A DNA stretch of 64,000 nucleotides from an uncultured Gammaproteobacteria bacterium (GCA_963841645.1 CAWJDS010000017.1:215609-279608), one strand, 5' to 3'. Shown: positions 9,690 through 19,683, numbered from the stretch's first letter. Notes: generated from the sequence alone by a model not told the origin. A program made the numbers and translations.

Positions 9690-9781
9690 ACGCACGTCGA
9701 TAGCGAGACGAAGACGCGATCGCGAGATCGCGCCGCAAGCGGGCGGAAGGATCGAGTTTGAACACTCTCCGGAGATAAGAC

Positions 9782-9958
9782 ATGAACAAGGATCAAGTGA
9801 ACGGCCGTATCAAAGAAGTAAAAGGCGAGGCCAAGATCGTCACGGGAAACGCCACGGGTAATGAAAAGCTGGCCGAAGAAGGGAAGGCCGACCGCGCTGC
9901 CGGCAAGATTCAAACGATGTACGGCGATCTCAAGAAGGATCTCGAGAACGCCCAGTGA
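9782..9958 (+). CDS. CsbD-family general stress protein (58 aa; below the ORF-track cutoff)
   Basis: MNKDQVNGRIKEVKGEAKIVTGNATGNEKLAEEGKADRAAGKIQTMYGDLKKDLENAQ-stop. GGAG lies 8 nt upstream of the ATG. Classic CsbD pattern. Confidence 0.8.
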   Translation: MNKDQVNGRIKEVKGEAKIVTGNATGNEKLAEEGKADRAAGKIQTMYGDLKKDLENAQ

Positions 9959-10654
9959 TCGACGCCGCTCGCGCCGCGAGCACGGTCGGGCCACGAGCGT
10001 GGAAGCACACGCTTCCGCCGTTGCCTTACGACTTTGCAGCGCTCGAACCGTACATCGACGCGCAGACCCTCAGGCTCCATCACGACGAACATCACGCGTC
10101 GTATGTCGCGAAGCTGAACTCGGCTCTGGAGGCGCTTCCGGACCTCCGGGGTCGCAGTGCGCAGTGGCTGTTATCGAACCTCAACGAAGTACCCGTGGGA
10201 GTCCGAACGTCCATCCGCAACAGCGCGGGCGGTCATTTGAATCACAGTCTTTACTGGGAATCGATGGCTCCAGCGGGCGGTGCCGAACCCGAGGGTGCTC
10301 TCGCCGACGCGATCAATCGAGACTTTGGCAGCCTCGCGCAGCTCCGGGCGCAATTCGCGGACGCGGGCGTCGGCGTTGTTCGGTTCAGGCTGGGTGTGGC
10401 TTGCGAAGACGCGTCGGGAGGGAGGGAAGCTACGAATATTCGCCACCGCGGGTCATGACAATCCCTTGCTACGCGAGCGGCTTCCGGTGCTGGTCAACGA
10501 CGTCTGGGAACATGCCTACTACCTCAAGTATCAGAACCGCCGCAGCGAGTACCTGACCGCCTGGTGGTCGCTTGCCAACTGGAAAGAGGCTGCGCGCCGC
10601 TTCGCTCGTTCCGGTGACGCAGCGGACGATGCCTTCGCGGTCTCTGTGGTGTGA
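9955..10654 (+). pseudogene. Fe/Mn superoxide dismutase (one frameshift near 10370 as read)
   Basis: LPPLPYDFAALEPYIDAQTLRLHHDEHHASYV and [11 protein letters not shown] are in frame 1. [10 protein letters not shown]...[21 protein letters not shown] is in frame 2. The GTG start overlaps the csbD-like stop (GTGA). Confidence 0.85.
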
Positions 10655-10678
10655 GGTACGTGCCCCGGCATTGGGTAG

Positions 10679-11857
10679 TCAGTCGACGGTGATCTTGCGA
10701 CCCTCGTCGATCAAGCCGGGCTCGAGCCGGTCGAACAGGTGGCCGAGGTCGACGGACTTGCGATAGAGACGCAGCGCGTCGAGGCGGCCGCTCGCGAGCT
10801 TCGCGACGAAGTCGGGATTCGCGATCTGCATGCGGCCCACACCGACGAGGTCGAACTCGCCGGCGACGAAGCGGCGAAGCAGCTCGGCGAGGTCGGCGGC
10901 GAGCCGCAGCGCCGGATCGGCGCCGTCGAATAGATCGAGGAACATGTCCTTGTCGAGGCCGACGCTCCCGGTCGTGATGACCGGCAGGCCGCCGACTTGC
11001 CGAGTCCAGCCGGCGATTCCGCGCGTCGGATCGAGCTCGGGCCATTCGGGTTTCGCGAACCGGCGCGAGGAGACGTTGAGGAGACCGACGCCAGCGGCCT
11101 TCGCGAGCGCGGTGAACTCGGCGAGCTCATCCGGCGTCGCGAACACGCGCGCGCCGTAGTCCGCCTCCTTGAACTGCGAGAAGCGAAGCGAGATTGGGAA
11201 ACCGGGACCTACGGCCGCGCGAATCGCCGCAACTACCTCGAGCGGGAACCGCGCGCGGTCGGCGACTGCGGCGCCGCCGTAGCCGTCCTCGCGCAGATTC
11301 GTCTCGGCCCAGAGAAACTGGTCCATCAAATAGCCATGAGCGGAATGGACCTCGACGCCGTCCGCGCCGAGCCGCTTAGCCGTCTCGGCCGCGTGCGCAT
11401 ATGCAGCCTTGAGGTCGTCCATCTCGGCTGGCGTCATCGCGCGGCCGTTCACGCGCCCTCCCTGGATCAGCCCGGACGGGCTCAGCGACGGGTAGTTGGC
11501 ATGTTGGAACCCCGCTGAAGGGACGCGCTGTGCGCCCGGATGCCATAGCTGCAAGAAGAAGCAGGCGCCCGCGCCCTTGATGGCCTCGACGACGCGCGCC
11601 CAGCCGGCTTCGCTCTCCTTATTCAACACGCAGAAGACCGGCTGCCAGTAGGAAGACGGATGGTCCGGGGCGCACGACTCGCTGAAGATCAGCGCGGTGC
11701 CGCCCTCGGCGCGAGCGCGCAGATACTCGATCATCCGCTGCGAGGGGCCGCAGCGTTCGACGAAGCCTACTTGCATCGCCGGCAGCACGAATCGGTTGCG
11801 CAGCCGTAGCGCGCCGATCTGGAGAGGCTCGAACAGCGGCGCAAGGTCGAGGGCCAT
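10679..11857 (-). CDS. NADH:flavin oxidoreductase, Old Yellow Enzyme family
   Basis: LFEPLQIGALRLRNRFVLPAM, FFLQLWHPGAQ, GADGVEVHSAHGYLMDQFLWAETNLREDGYGG, FDLVGVGRMQIANPDFV. Intact 392-aa ORF. Confidence 0.85.
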   Translation of the reverse strand: MALDLAPLFEPLQIGALRLRNRFVLPAMQVGFVERCGPSQRMIEYLRARAEGGTALIFSESCAPDHPSSYWQPVFCVLNKESEAGWARVVEAIKGAGACFFLQLWHPGAQRVPSAGFQHANYPSLSPSGLIQGGRVNGRAMTPAEMDDLKAAYAHAAETAKRLGADGVEVHSAHGYLMDQFLWAETNLREDGYGGAAVADRARFPLEVVAAIRAAVGPGFPISLRFSQFKEADYGARVFATPDELAEFTALAKAAGVGLLNVSSRRFAKPEWPELDPTRGIAGWTRQVGGLPVITTGSVGLDKDMFLDLFDGADPALRLAADLAELLRRFVAGEFDLVGVGRMQIANPDFVAKLASGRLDALRLYRKSVDLGHLFDRLEPGLIDEGRKITVD

Positions 11858-11880
11858 ATTGCGGCGCCCGCGTTGCGTGG

Positions 11881-12090
11881 CTACTTGGCCAGCGGCGCCT
11901 GCTCGTCCAACGCCGCGGGCGGCACGGCGGGCTTCAATACAGGGTCCGCCGCGGTCTGCGCGGGCGTGATGACGCCGCTGACCGGCGTAGCACGGCTCGC
12001 TGCAGCACGCGACGCGTGCACGTTCGAACCGAGGGTCAGCAACACGCCGGCGAGCGCGCCGACGAGTATCGAAATCAGCGTGCCCCTCAT
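11881..12090 (-). CDS. small membrane-anchored hypothetical protein (69 aa)
   Basis: The ATG overlaps the amidohydrolase stop (ATGA at 12087-12090). N-terminal TM/signal segment MRGTLISILVGALAGVLLTLGS. No family recognised. Confidence 0.4.
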   Translation of the reverse strand: MRGTLISILVGALAGVLLTLGSNVHASRAAASRATPVSGVITPAQTAADPVLKPAVPPAALDEQAPLAK

Positions 12091-13359
12091 CGCTTCGCCT
12101 CGAACACGACCTCGCCGCCCTTGATCGTCGTCACGACGTGCTGCAGCGCGCTGCTGTCGTGCAGCGGGTCGCCGTCGACGATCACGATGTCGGCGAGCTT
12201 GCCGGGCTCGAGCGTGCCGATCTCGGCGCCGTGCATCGTCGCGGTCGCGGCGTTCTTCGTGATGATCTTGCACGACCTCTTGGGGCGAGAACACGAGCCG
12301 CAGCGCGCGGAGCTCGTCGCCGAGCGTCTCCTTCGGCGGCCATTGCGTGTCGGTGCCGTAGCCGTAGCTCACGAGCCCGGCGTCCCAGAGCAGCCGTGCG
12401 TTGACCGGACCCTGGCCCGCGCTCGACAGCGTGTTCCACGGGAACGGCTTCGCGATCGCGGAAGAGCGGCGGTGCCCTTCTCGTCGAAGTGCGGCACGAA
12501 CACGGACAGCGTCGACGTCATCGGAATCTTCGCGTCGACGATCTTCTTCACCGCGTCCGGATCGTCGCTCAAGATTGCCGATGTGCGGCGTGTGCACGAG
12601 CAGATCGGGCTTCGCTTCGATCGCGACGAGCGTGTCGCGCACGCTGACGGCGTGCACGATCGTCGGCTTGTTGTGCTTCTTGCCCTCGGAGACGATGAGC
12701 TTCAGCGTCTCGAGTTCGGGGCCGTTCTTCGTCGTGTTGAGCACGACCTTCAGATAGTCGTAGCCCGCCTTCGCGGCGTCCTCGACAGCCTTGATCGTGA
12801 CCTCGCGCGGCATCGCCGGCTGCGGGCTGGTCGGGCAATGGCCCGCGCGCGGGATCGGTGCGCGCCGGATCGCCGGTGGGCGGCGGGCCCGGCGGGCCGC
12901 CCTGCGACCGGTATGGAACGCGCCGACGTAGAGCCGCGGTCCCTTCAGCTGACCGGCTTCGATCCGGTTGCGCGCCTCGATCGCCGGCGGCGGATCGATC
13001 GCGCAGAGCACGCGTCGTGAAGCCCGCGTCGAGGAACTCCTGCATCTGCTTCGGCGCGGTCTTGTCGAGCCAGTCGGCGCGTCGCCCGTCACGATGTGGC
13101 GATGCGCGTCGATCAGGCCCGGCATCACGGTCTTGCCGCCCGCGTCGATCGTGCGGCCGCCTGCCGCGGCCGCCGGCGCAGTGGCGGACACCGATGCGAT
13201 CTTGCCGTCCGTGACGACGACCGCGCCGCGCTCGATCACGCGGCCGGTGCCGTCGATGATCCGCGCGTTCGTGATCGTGAGGTTCTGGGCGCTGGCGCCG
13301 GTTGCGATCAGCCACGCAACAGCCGCCGCGACGCCGTGAAGGCGTAGGGTCTTGTTCAT
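12087..13359 (-). pseudogene. secreted amidohydrolase family protein (multiply frameshifted as read)
   Basis: Signal peptide MNKTLRLHGVAAAVAWLIATGASA. NLTITNARIIDGTGRVIERGAVVVTDGKIASV, GKTVMPGLIDAHRHI, KAGYDYLKVVLNTT...PTIVHAVS, LVSYGYGTDT, and C-terminus GKLADIVIVDGDPL...TIKGGEVVFEAKR. These pieces lie in all three frames (about 5-6 changes). Confidence 0.75.
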
Positions 13360-13473
13360 TTCGCTGCCCCCGGGGAAAACGCGCACAGTTTACGCAGCGC
13401 GTTAGTGATCTGCCATTAGGAAACCGTAAGGTTGGCGGGCGCTGTCGATACCCGGCTCGCGCGCCCGCAAGAG

Positions 13474-13491
13474 ATCCCTCCGCGGAGGGAT
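13474..13491. other. perfect 18-bp palindrome ATCCCTCCGCGGAGGGAT (7-bp stem/4-nt loop as RNA), downstream of the 13604-14647 gene
   Basis: Read directly from the sequence. It lies 113 nt beyond the stop of the minus-strand gene and has no U-tract. It could be a terminator or a protein-binding site; neither is decided. Confidence 0.3.
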
Positions 13492-13603
13492 TCGAGAAAT
13501 CACTTGAAGAGTGGAGCCCTAAGCCGTTGTCGCCGCAACGTTGTTATCGCGGCTTACGAAGCGCGCGCGAAGCGTCGATTCGTCGGCGGCCGAGACGAGA
13601 TCG

Positions 13604-14647
13604 CTAGTGCTCTCCCGCGGTCAGGTGGCGTCGCGCGGTGGCCGGGTCGCAGAGATACTCTTGAAGCTTGTAGCCCGCGTTCAAGTTGTAGCGCTGATCG
13701 TCCGTCGCGGGCCTGGTCAAGTAGTCGGGATCCGTCATGGTGAATCGCAGCGTCAACGAGCGACCGTCGGCGCCGAGCGAATAGCGCTCGACCGTCGTCT
13801 TCTGGTCGCTCGAGTCGACGCCGCGGCCGTTGCCCCAGCGCACGTTCGTGAACTTCGCGGTGTCGATCACGAGCTCGCCGTTTTCGAAGCGGCCGATCGA
13901 ATGGCCGAGCGGTGAAGGCGCGACGTCGGCCGGATGCGACGGCATGTTCAAGTGCACGACGCGCTCGAGCTCGTTGACCTCGTAGCGAATCACGAGCGTG
14001 TCGGCGTTCGGCCGGGTAATCTCGAACGGGTACGGATAGCCCAAGATCTGTGGCATCGTCTGCGGCGAGCAGTCCCACTCCGGGTTCTGATCGGGGTCGA
14101 AGTGATCGAGCTCGGCTTGACCCTTCGCGGTGACCGGCAGCGTGTTGACGACCTTCGTGTCGGGCGCGTTGCGGCCGAGCACGTCGCCTTTGAACTGCAC
14201 GCGCCAGACGCCCGTGAAATCGGTCGACTTCGCCGCGAGCTGCGCCGCCGAGGGCTTGGGCGGGGAAGTGAGCTGCGGGCCGCCCCAGGCCCAAATCTCC
14301 TTGCCGTCCTTGAGGAACAGGTTCGCGTAGACGAAACGGCGGTCGGCGATGCGGTCCGGATTGCCGCGCGCGACGACGCGATCGCCTTGCTTCAGCGTCT
14401 CGGGTGTCCACCCGAAGCGAGTGAGCACGGGCGTCGAGTTGAGCTCGAAGGTCCACTGCTCGACCGGGCCGTCGCCTTTCTTGCCCTCGACGACGGCGTA
14501 CGAATGCGGGTTTCGCCACGAAAACTCTTTCACCGTGCCGACGATCTCGACCGTCGAGTCGAGATCGAAGTTCGAACGCGAGTGATGGGCGAGAGCGGCC
14601 GTGGATAGGAGCGCCGCCGCGAACGCTACGAAAGTCTCGACACGCAT
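13604..14647 (-). CDS. exported hypothetical protein: DUF6152-like N-terminal domain fused to a ~230-aa domain of unknown function
   Basis: Signal peptide MRVETFVAFAAALLSTAALA. AHHSRSNFDLDSTVEIVGTVKEFSWRNPHSY...LKQGDRVV matches the DUF6152 pattern. The C-terminal domain (WDCSPQ...EYLCDP) resembles the core of the 21994-23453 gene. Intact. Confidence 0.7.
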   Translation of the reverse strand: MRVETFVAFAAALLSTAALAHHSRSNFDLDSTVEIVGTVKEFSWRNPHSYAVVEGKKGDGPVEQWTFELNSTPVLTRFGWTPETLKQGDRVVARGNPDRIADRRFVYANLFLKDGKEIWAWGGPQLTSPPKPSAAQLAAKSTDFTGVWRVQFKGDVLGRNAPDTKVVNTLPVTAKGQAELDHFDPDQNPEWDCSPQTMPQILGYPYPFEITRPNADTLVIRYEVNELERVVHLNMPSHPADVAPSPLGHSIGRFENGELVIDTAKFTNVRWGNGRGVDSSDQKTTVERYSLGADGRSLTLRFTMTDPDYLTRPATDDQRYNLNAGYKLQEYLCDPATARRHLTAGEH

Positions 14648-14795
14648 CTTCAATGCCCCCGCCGAGCTGGCTGCTCTCAGCATTGTACGATGGAGGTCCG
14701 CCGCCCGGTGGTCTCGTGGAGCGCGACCGGGCGGCAGAATATTGCGTTCGAATGCCGCGGCCGGGCTCCGCCGTCGCGAGCCTAGCCGCATCGTT

Positions 14796-15269
14796 TCAAG
14801 GCTTCCGCGCGACGTCCCAGTGCTCGACGATCTTGCCGTTCGCGATCCGGAACATGTCGAACCAGGTCGTCGTGTAGGGCTTGTCGTCCTTGTCCTTGTA
14901 CTCGCGAACGAGCGCCAGCACGACTAGATCCCTCTCGGCGACGATCGAGACGAGGCCCGGGATCGTGTCGGCAACCGGCTTCGGCTCCTGCTTCTGCGCG
15001 GCAAAGTACGCCTTCACGCCCGCGAGCCCGGTTTCCGCGTTCGGGTTGTGCTGGTGGTACTCGGGCGCGAGGAACTTGTCCGCTTCGTCGATGTGGTGCG
15101 CGTCAAGGAACGTGCGCCACATGTCGAACACGAGCTTCTTGTTCGCGGCGAGCTGCGGGTCGCTGCTCTTGAGCAGAGCCTGCTGATCCTTCGCGGGTAC
15201 GACGGGCTCGGCCGCGTGCGCGGCGACGGCTACGAACGAGAACGCGATGGCGCTGGCCAGCAATTTCAT
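14796..15269 (-). CDS. secreted NTF2/SnoaL-like protein
   Basis: Signal peptide MKLLASAIAFSFVAVAAHA. FLAPEYHQHNPNAETGLAGVKAYF...WFDMFRIANGKIVEHWD is typical of the SnoaL-like fold. Confidence 0.75.
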   Translation of the reverse strand: MKLLASAIAFSFVAVAAHAAEPVVPAKDQQALLKSSDPQLAANKKLVFDMWRTFLDAHHIDEADKFLAPEYHQHNPNAETGLAGVKAYFAAQKQEPKPVADTIPGLVSIVAERDLVVLALVREYKDKDDKPYTTTWFDMFRIANGKIVEHWDVARKP

Positions 15270-15454
15270 ACGAGTCTCCCATGTGTTTGGTTGGTTGTTC
15301 TTAAGGCTCCGGCGATCCGGCCGGCGCGCGGCGGGACTATAGCATCGACGCTCGAAGGCACAGCTCGGTCACCGCTGCGCAAACCGACGCGGCCCGCAGA
15401 TCGCCGCGATCTCCACGACGCTATTGTCGCACGCACCCGGCGGGAGTGCGTTGG

Positions 15455-17926
15455 CTAGTCCTCGCGCAGCGCCTCCGTCGGACGCAGCCGTGCGGCGCGC
15501 AGCACCCGGTCGGCGACGGCGACGAACGCGACGAGCAGCGTCGCGAGCAGCGCAACGAAGAATGGCCAAGGTCCAAGCGTCATTCGCTGCGCGAAGTTGC
15601 CGAGGTAGCGCTCGGCCGCGAAAAACGCGAAAGGCCACACGACGACATTGGCGACGAGCACCGGCTTCGAGAAGTCCCAGAGAAGAAGCTCGAGGATCTG
15701 CCGCGACGTTGCGCCCTGAGTTTTGCGCAATCCGATCTCGCGCGTGCGCCGGCTCGTCATGTAGCTGGCCATGCCGAAGAGCCCGACCGCGGCGATCGCG
15801 ATCGCGAACGCGCCGAGTGCTACGAACACGCGATTGATCAGATCGAACGTGAAGTAGGCGCTCTCGAAGGACTGGTCGAGGAATTGCCGCAGCGGTGGCG
15901 TGCCGGTCGGCGACAGCGACTTGAACACGTCGTCGATATGCGCGATCGTGCGTTTGGCGTCGTCCTTGCCGACTCGAACGATCGTGTACCAAGCGCGGTG
16001 CGGCATCAGCAGGTACACGATTCCCTGGCTGCCGCGGTCGCGAATCGCGATCGGCACGCTCTCGACGACGCCGATGACTTCCGTGGCGACAGCGCCGTTG
16101 CTGCCGTAAATCGTCTTGCCGACCGCATCCGCGGGGTCGGCCCAGCCGAGAGCGCGCGCGGCGTTGCGGTCGAGCACCGCCCGAGGCGCGGAGGGCGCAC
16201 GCGACTTCGCCGGTGCTGCCTCCGACTCATCGTTGCGCTCGCGCGCGAACACGCGGCCCGCGAGCAGCGGAATGTCCAGCACGTCGAAATAGTCGTAGCC
16301 GACGATGCCGGGCTCGGTGGTGATCATCGGCTGGTCATCGCCCGGTCTCAGGGAATAGCGCGAGCGACTGCCTTGGAATTGCCACGGCGGAAAGGCCGAG
16401 GCCGTGACGCCCTTGATGCCGGCTTCCCTACGAAGCTCCGCCGCGAGCACGTCGGGATCGCCGTTTCCGCCCGCTCTGGCCGGCATCACAATCACGTACT
16501 GATCCGCGAAGCGGCCGAGCAGCATCTCGCGCAGGTTGGCGCGCTGCGAAAAGACCACGACCACGGCAACGACGAGAAAGCTCGCGAGCGCGAACTGCGA
16601 GCACACCAGTAGCGTACGCAACGTGCTCGATCCCGCGCGCACCGCGCCGAGCCTGAGCGCGGTCGTCGGTCGAACCCGCGCGAGCACCAGCGCAGGATAT
16701 GCGCCTGCGAGCAGCGTGACGCCGGCGAGCAGCGCCGGGAGGAAGACGTAGAGCTTCGGCTCGCGCCATGGGATCACGAACGCGAGGCGCCACGGATTCC
16801 GCACGAGCCCGCGCAACGCGGCAAACACCGCGAGCGCGAGCGCGATCGAGCACAGGACGACGAGGGCCGTCTGCAGCATTTCCTGACGTGCCACTTGCCC
16901 GGCCGCGGCGCCGACCGACTTGCGCACGCCCACTTCGCGCGCACGTCCAGCGGCCCGCGCCGTCGCGAGGTTGATGAAGTTCAAGCACGAGACGGCCAGC
17001 ACCGTCGCGCCGAACGCGAGCAGCACGGTGAAGATGTCCAGGCGCCAAGCAGAGCCCTGGAACCCCTGGAACTGGCTCTGCATCAGCCCGGTCGCGATCG
17101 CGCTGACCGGGCGCGCGTTCATCTTCACCTCGATGCCTTGATCGGGAACATGGCCCTTCACGAGCGCCGCGAGCCGGCGATCGAGATCCGATGCCGTCAG
17201 TGAACGGTCCGGCGGCAACAGCGCGAAGGTCTGGACCGACGTGTTGAACCAACCGCTTGCCGGCAATGGCGAGACGGATTCGACCGCGTCCCACGCAAGC
17301 AGCAACTCGAATCCTTGCGACCACAGACCGCGCGGATTGAAGTGCGAGTTCAGGGGCGAATCGGCGACGACGGCGACGATCGTGACATCGACGGCTCCGC
17401 CCTCGGTCACCGTCACGGTGACGGATTTGCCGACCGCGTCGGTGCCGCCGAACATGGCCTGCGCCGCGCCGGCGGTGATGATGGCGTTGTGTCCGACGAG
17501 CCCGGCGCCGAGATCGCCGGCCACGGTCTCGAACGGAAAGATCGTGAGGAACTTCGGCTCGGCGAGCGCGATGCCGATGCGCGGCTCTTGCTCGCCGTCG
17601 ACGGACACGGAGGCTCCGATCGTCCGATAGCGCGCAACAGCCGTGAGCTCGGGAACATCGAGCGCGAGCTGCTCTCCGAGCAGAACGGAGCTGTACGGAT
17701 ACGACGGCCACTCCAGTCCGAACTTCGGCCCGTGCATGCTTTGAAATATGACGACGCTGCGGTCGGCGTTCGGAAACTGCCGGTCGTAGCTCGTGAGATA
17801 GCTCACGACGAGATACGCAGCGAGGAAGCAGGTGAGGCCGAGCGTGAGAACGATGACGCTGACCGCCGAGTGCAGGCGGTAGCGCGCGAGGTTGCGCAAC
17901 GCGACCGTGAGGTAGTGCCCGAACAT
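15455..17926 (-). CDS. ABC transporter permease, MacB/FtsX-like with duplicated FtsX domains; no ATPase gene adjacent
   Basis: 823-aa intact ORF. N-terminus MFGHYLTVALRNLARYRLHSAVSVIVLTLGLTCF. Two FtsX-type 4-TM blocks (…REVGVRKSVGAAAGQV… and …REIGLRKTQGATSRQI…). Confidence 0.85.
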   Translation of the reverse strand: MFGHYLTVALRNLARYRLHSAVSVIVLTLGLTCFLAAYLVVSYLTSYDRQFPNADRSVVIFQSMHGPKFGLEWPSYPYSSVLLGEQLALDVPELTAVARYRTIGASVSVDGEQEPRIGIALAEPKFLTIFPFETVAGDLGAGLVGHNAIITAGAAQAMFGGTDAVGKSVTVTVTEGGAVDVTIVAVVADSPLNSHFNPRGLWSQGFELLLAWDAVESVSPLPASGWFNTSVQTFALLPPDRSLTASDLDRRLAALVKGHVPDQGIEVKMNARPVSAIATGLMQSQFQGFQGSAWRLDIFTVLLAFGATVLAVSCLNFINLATARAAGRAREVGVRKSVGAAAGQVARQEMLQTALVVLCSIALALAVFAALRGLVRNPWRLAFVIPWREPKLYVFLPALLAGVTLLAGAYPALVLARVRPTTALRLGAVRAGSSTLRTLLVCSQFALASFLVVAVVVVFSQRANLREMLLGRFADQYVIVMPARAGGNGDPDVLAAELRREAGIKGVTASAFPPWQFQGSRSRYSLRPGDDQPMITTEPGIVGYDYFDVLDIPLLAGRVFARERNDESEAAPAKSRAPSAPRAVLDRNAARALGWADPADAVGKTIYGSNGAVATEVIGVVESVPIAIRDRGSQGIVYLLMPHRAWYTIVRVGKDDAKRTIAHIDDVFKSLSPTGTPPLRQFLDQSFESAYFTFDLINRVFVALGAFAIAIAAVGLFGMASYMTSRRTREIGLRKTQGATSRQILELLLWDFSKPVLVANVVVWPFAFFAAERYLGNFAQRMTLGPWPFFVALLATLLVAFVAVADRVLRAARLRPTEALRED

Positions 17927-18006
17927 GACACGATGCTCCGGACGCCAGGCAATACCTGCCAGTTAAAGGTACGTCAAACCGGCGTCGAGTCTCGCGAGGT
18001 CAGCCG

Positions 18007-19683
18007 TCAGCCGCCGCTCTTCGTCGCCGCGCGCAGCATGTCGGCGATCTCCGGCGACACGGTGTTGTCGCGGCCGCCCGTCTGGCCGAGCGCCGCGTTG
18101 AGCGGCGTCTTGCCGAGCGCGTCCATGACGTCGGCCTTCGCGCCGTGCGCGAGTAAGTACTCGACCACGCGCGTCCAGCCGAACTTCACGGCGCCGTAGA
18201 GCGCCGTCTGGCCATTGCGCTCGGTCATCGTGCTGATTCGCGCGATGCGTGCCGTGCGGCTGTCGATGTCCGTGACGCGCGCGTTCACGTCGGCGCCCGC
18301 GGCGATCAGCACATCGAGCGTCGCGATGACGCGCGCTTGGACGTCGCCGTCGAGACCGACGCGCCGATCGCGGCCCGACACGCCGACGCCCGCCGCGCCC
18401 ATCAGCGGCGTCACGCCCATCACGTTAGGCAGGTCGACGAGCGCGCCGTGCGCGAGCAGCGCGCGCACCGCCTCGACGTCATGGCCGATCGCGGCGCGCA
18501 ATAGTGGAGTGACACCGGTCGTGAGCAAGTCGTCGACGAAGCGGCCGCTGTTGCCGCCGCGCCCGGGCCGATGCATGTTGAGCTGCGGGTTCGGGTTCAC
18601 GCCCGCGTCGAGCAGGCGCTTGATCACGTCGAGCGCCGTCGTCTCGCTCGTGGGCGGCGCGGCGCCGAGCCGAAAGCTGAAGCTGCTCATGTCGGCCGCG
18701 ATGTAGAGCGCAGTGCGTCCGTACCAATCGCTGACGTGCGGATTCGCGCCCGAGTCGAGCAAGAGGCGCGCGGTGTCGTAGTGGAAGTTGTCGATCGCGA
18801 TCATCAGCGGCGTGATGCCGTCGGGATTCGGGCGGTCGATGTCGGCGCCGGCCTCGAGGATCGAGCGCACGCAGCGCGAGCAGCCCGAGCGCGCGGCGTA
18901 GAGCAGCGGGGTGAGACCGCCGGTCGGACGGTACTGTCCTCGCGGCTCGGAAGTGATCTGCGCGTCCCAGTCATTCGCGAGCGCGCGCACGTTCACGTCC
19001 GCGCCTTTGGAGATCAAGAGCTGCGCGATCTCCGGTTGGTTAGCGTCTACGGCCCACATCAGCGCCGTCTGCCCGCGCCACGCTTCTTTCGCGTTGACGT
19101 TCGCGCCGTGTGCGACGAGCTCCTTCGCGACTTCGAGCGCGCCGGTGCGCGCCGCGAGCATCAGCGCGCTCTGGCCGTCCGCGTTCGGCGACTCGACGTC
19201 GGCGCCCGCGTCGAGCAGTTGCTTCGTTATCCCTAAGTCCGCGATCTTCACGGCCTCAGCGAGCGGGCTCGAGCCGTATTTGTTCGCGACGTTAGGCTTA
19301 GCGCCGTGCTTGAGCAGGGTCGCTACGAGGTCGGCGTCGACTTTGTAAACGGCCCAGATCAGCGGCGTCGTGCCGTCGCCCTGTGCCGCGTTCACGTCCG
19401 CGCCCGCGGCGATCTCTTTGAGCGCGGCGGCGCGGTCGCCCGATTGGATCAGCGCCGCAAGGGTGCCGGCCGCGTGCGCGGCGTGCGCACAGACGAGCGT
19501 GAAGCAGAGCGCGAGCGCCGCCCGACCGACGGGCCGTCTCGGCGTGATCGTTACGCCAGCGCTGGCCGCGCTGTTCGGCGTCGAGGATTGGAGCACGTTT
19601 CTGCCACCAGCCTTCAGACCGCGATTTTGCGGCCGGGCAACCCGGCTGTACAGCGCGGCTTGGCGGCTGGTTGCTTGCCGCAT
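18007..19683 (-). CDS. secreted ankyrin-repeat protein (roughly a dozen ANK repeats)
   Basis: Repeated G.TPL..A...G...+V..LL..GA+VN units throughout (DGTTPLIWAV, GQSALMLAARTG, GLTPLLYAARSG, GITPLMIAI, GVTPLLRAAIGH, GQTALYGAVKFG). Signal-like ALALCFTLVCAHAAHA. Start 19683 chosen to avoid overlap with the divergent gene; the ORF extends to 19767. Confidence 0.85.
   Translation of the reverse strand: MRQATSRQAALYSRVARPQNRGLKAGGRNVLQSSTPNSAASAGVTITPRRPVGRAALALCFTLVCAHAAHAAGTLAALIQSGDRAAALKEIAAGADVNAAQGDGTTPLIWAVYKVDADLVATLLKHGAKPNVANKYGSSPLAEAVKIADLGITKQLLDAGADVESPNADGQSALMLAARTGALEVAKELVAHGANVNAKEAWRGQTALMWAVDANQPEIAQLLISKGADVNVRALANDWDAQITSEPRGQYRPTGGLTPLLYAARSGCSRCVRSILEAGADIDRPNPDGITPLMIAIDNFHYDTARLLLDSGANPHVSDWYGRTALYIAADMSSFSFRLGAAPPTSETTALDVIKRLLDAGVNPNPQLNMHRPGRGGNSGRFVDDLLTTGVTPLLRAAIGHDVEAVRALLAHGALVDLPNVMGVTPLMGAAGVGVSGRDRRVGLDGDVQARVIATLDVLIAAGADVNARVTDIDSRTARIARISTMTERNGQTALYGAVKFGWTRVVEYLLAHGAKADVMDALGKTPLNAALGQTGGRDNTVSPEIADMLRAATKSGG

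Noticed and set aside
9715-9732. 7-bp stem with GCGA loop 26 nt after the OmpA-family stop as an intrinsic terminator
   Set aside because: The stem is short and lacks a U-tract. The csbD-like gene follows 50 nt later and may be co-transcribed.
6700-10650. Somewhat lower-GC stretch (Crp/Fnr, OmpA, CsbD, SOD) as a horizontally acquired island
   Set aside because: No integrase, transposase, tRNA or direct repeats flank it. Codon bias still looks native, and the content is a coherent stress regulon.
15446-17711. 388-aa (+) and 427-aa (-) ORFs overlapping the MacB-like permease
   Set aside because: They are antisense or off-frame shadows of the 823-aa permease ORF, which carries the real FtsX motifs.
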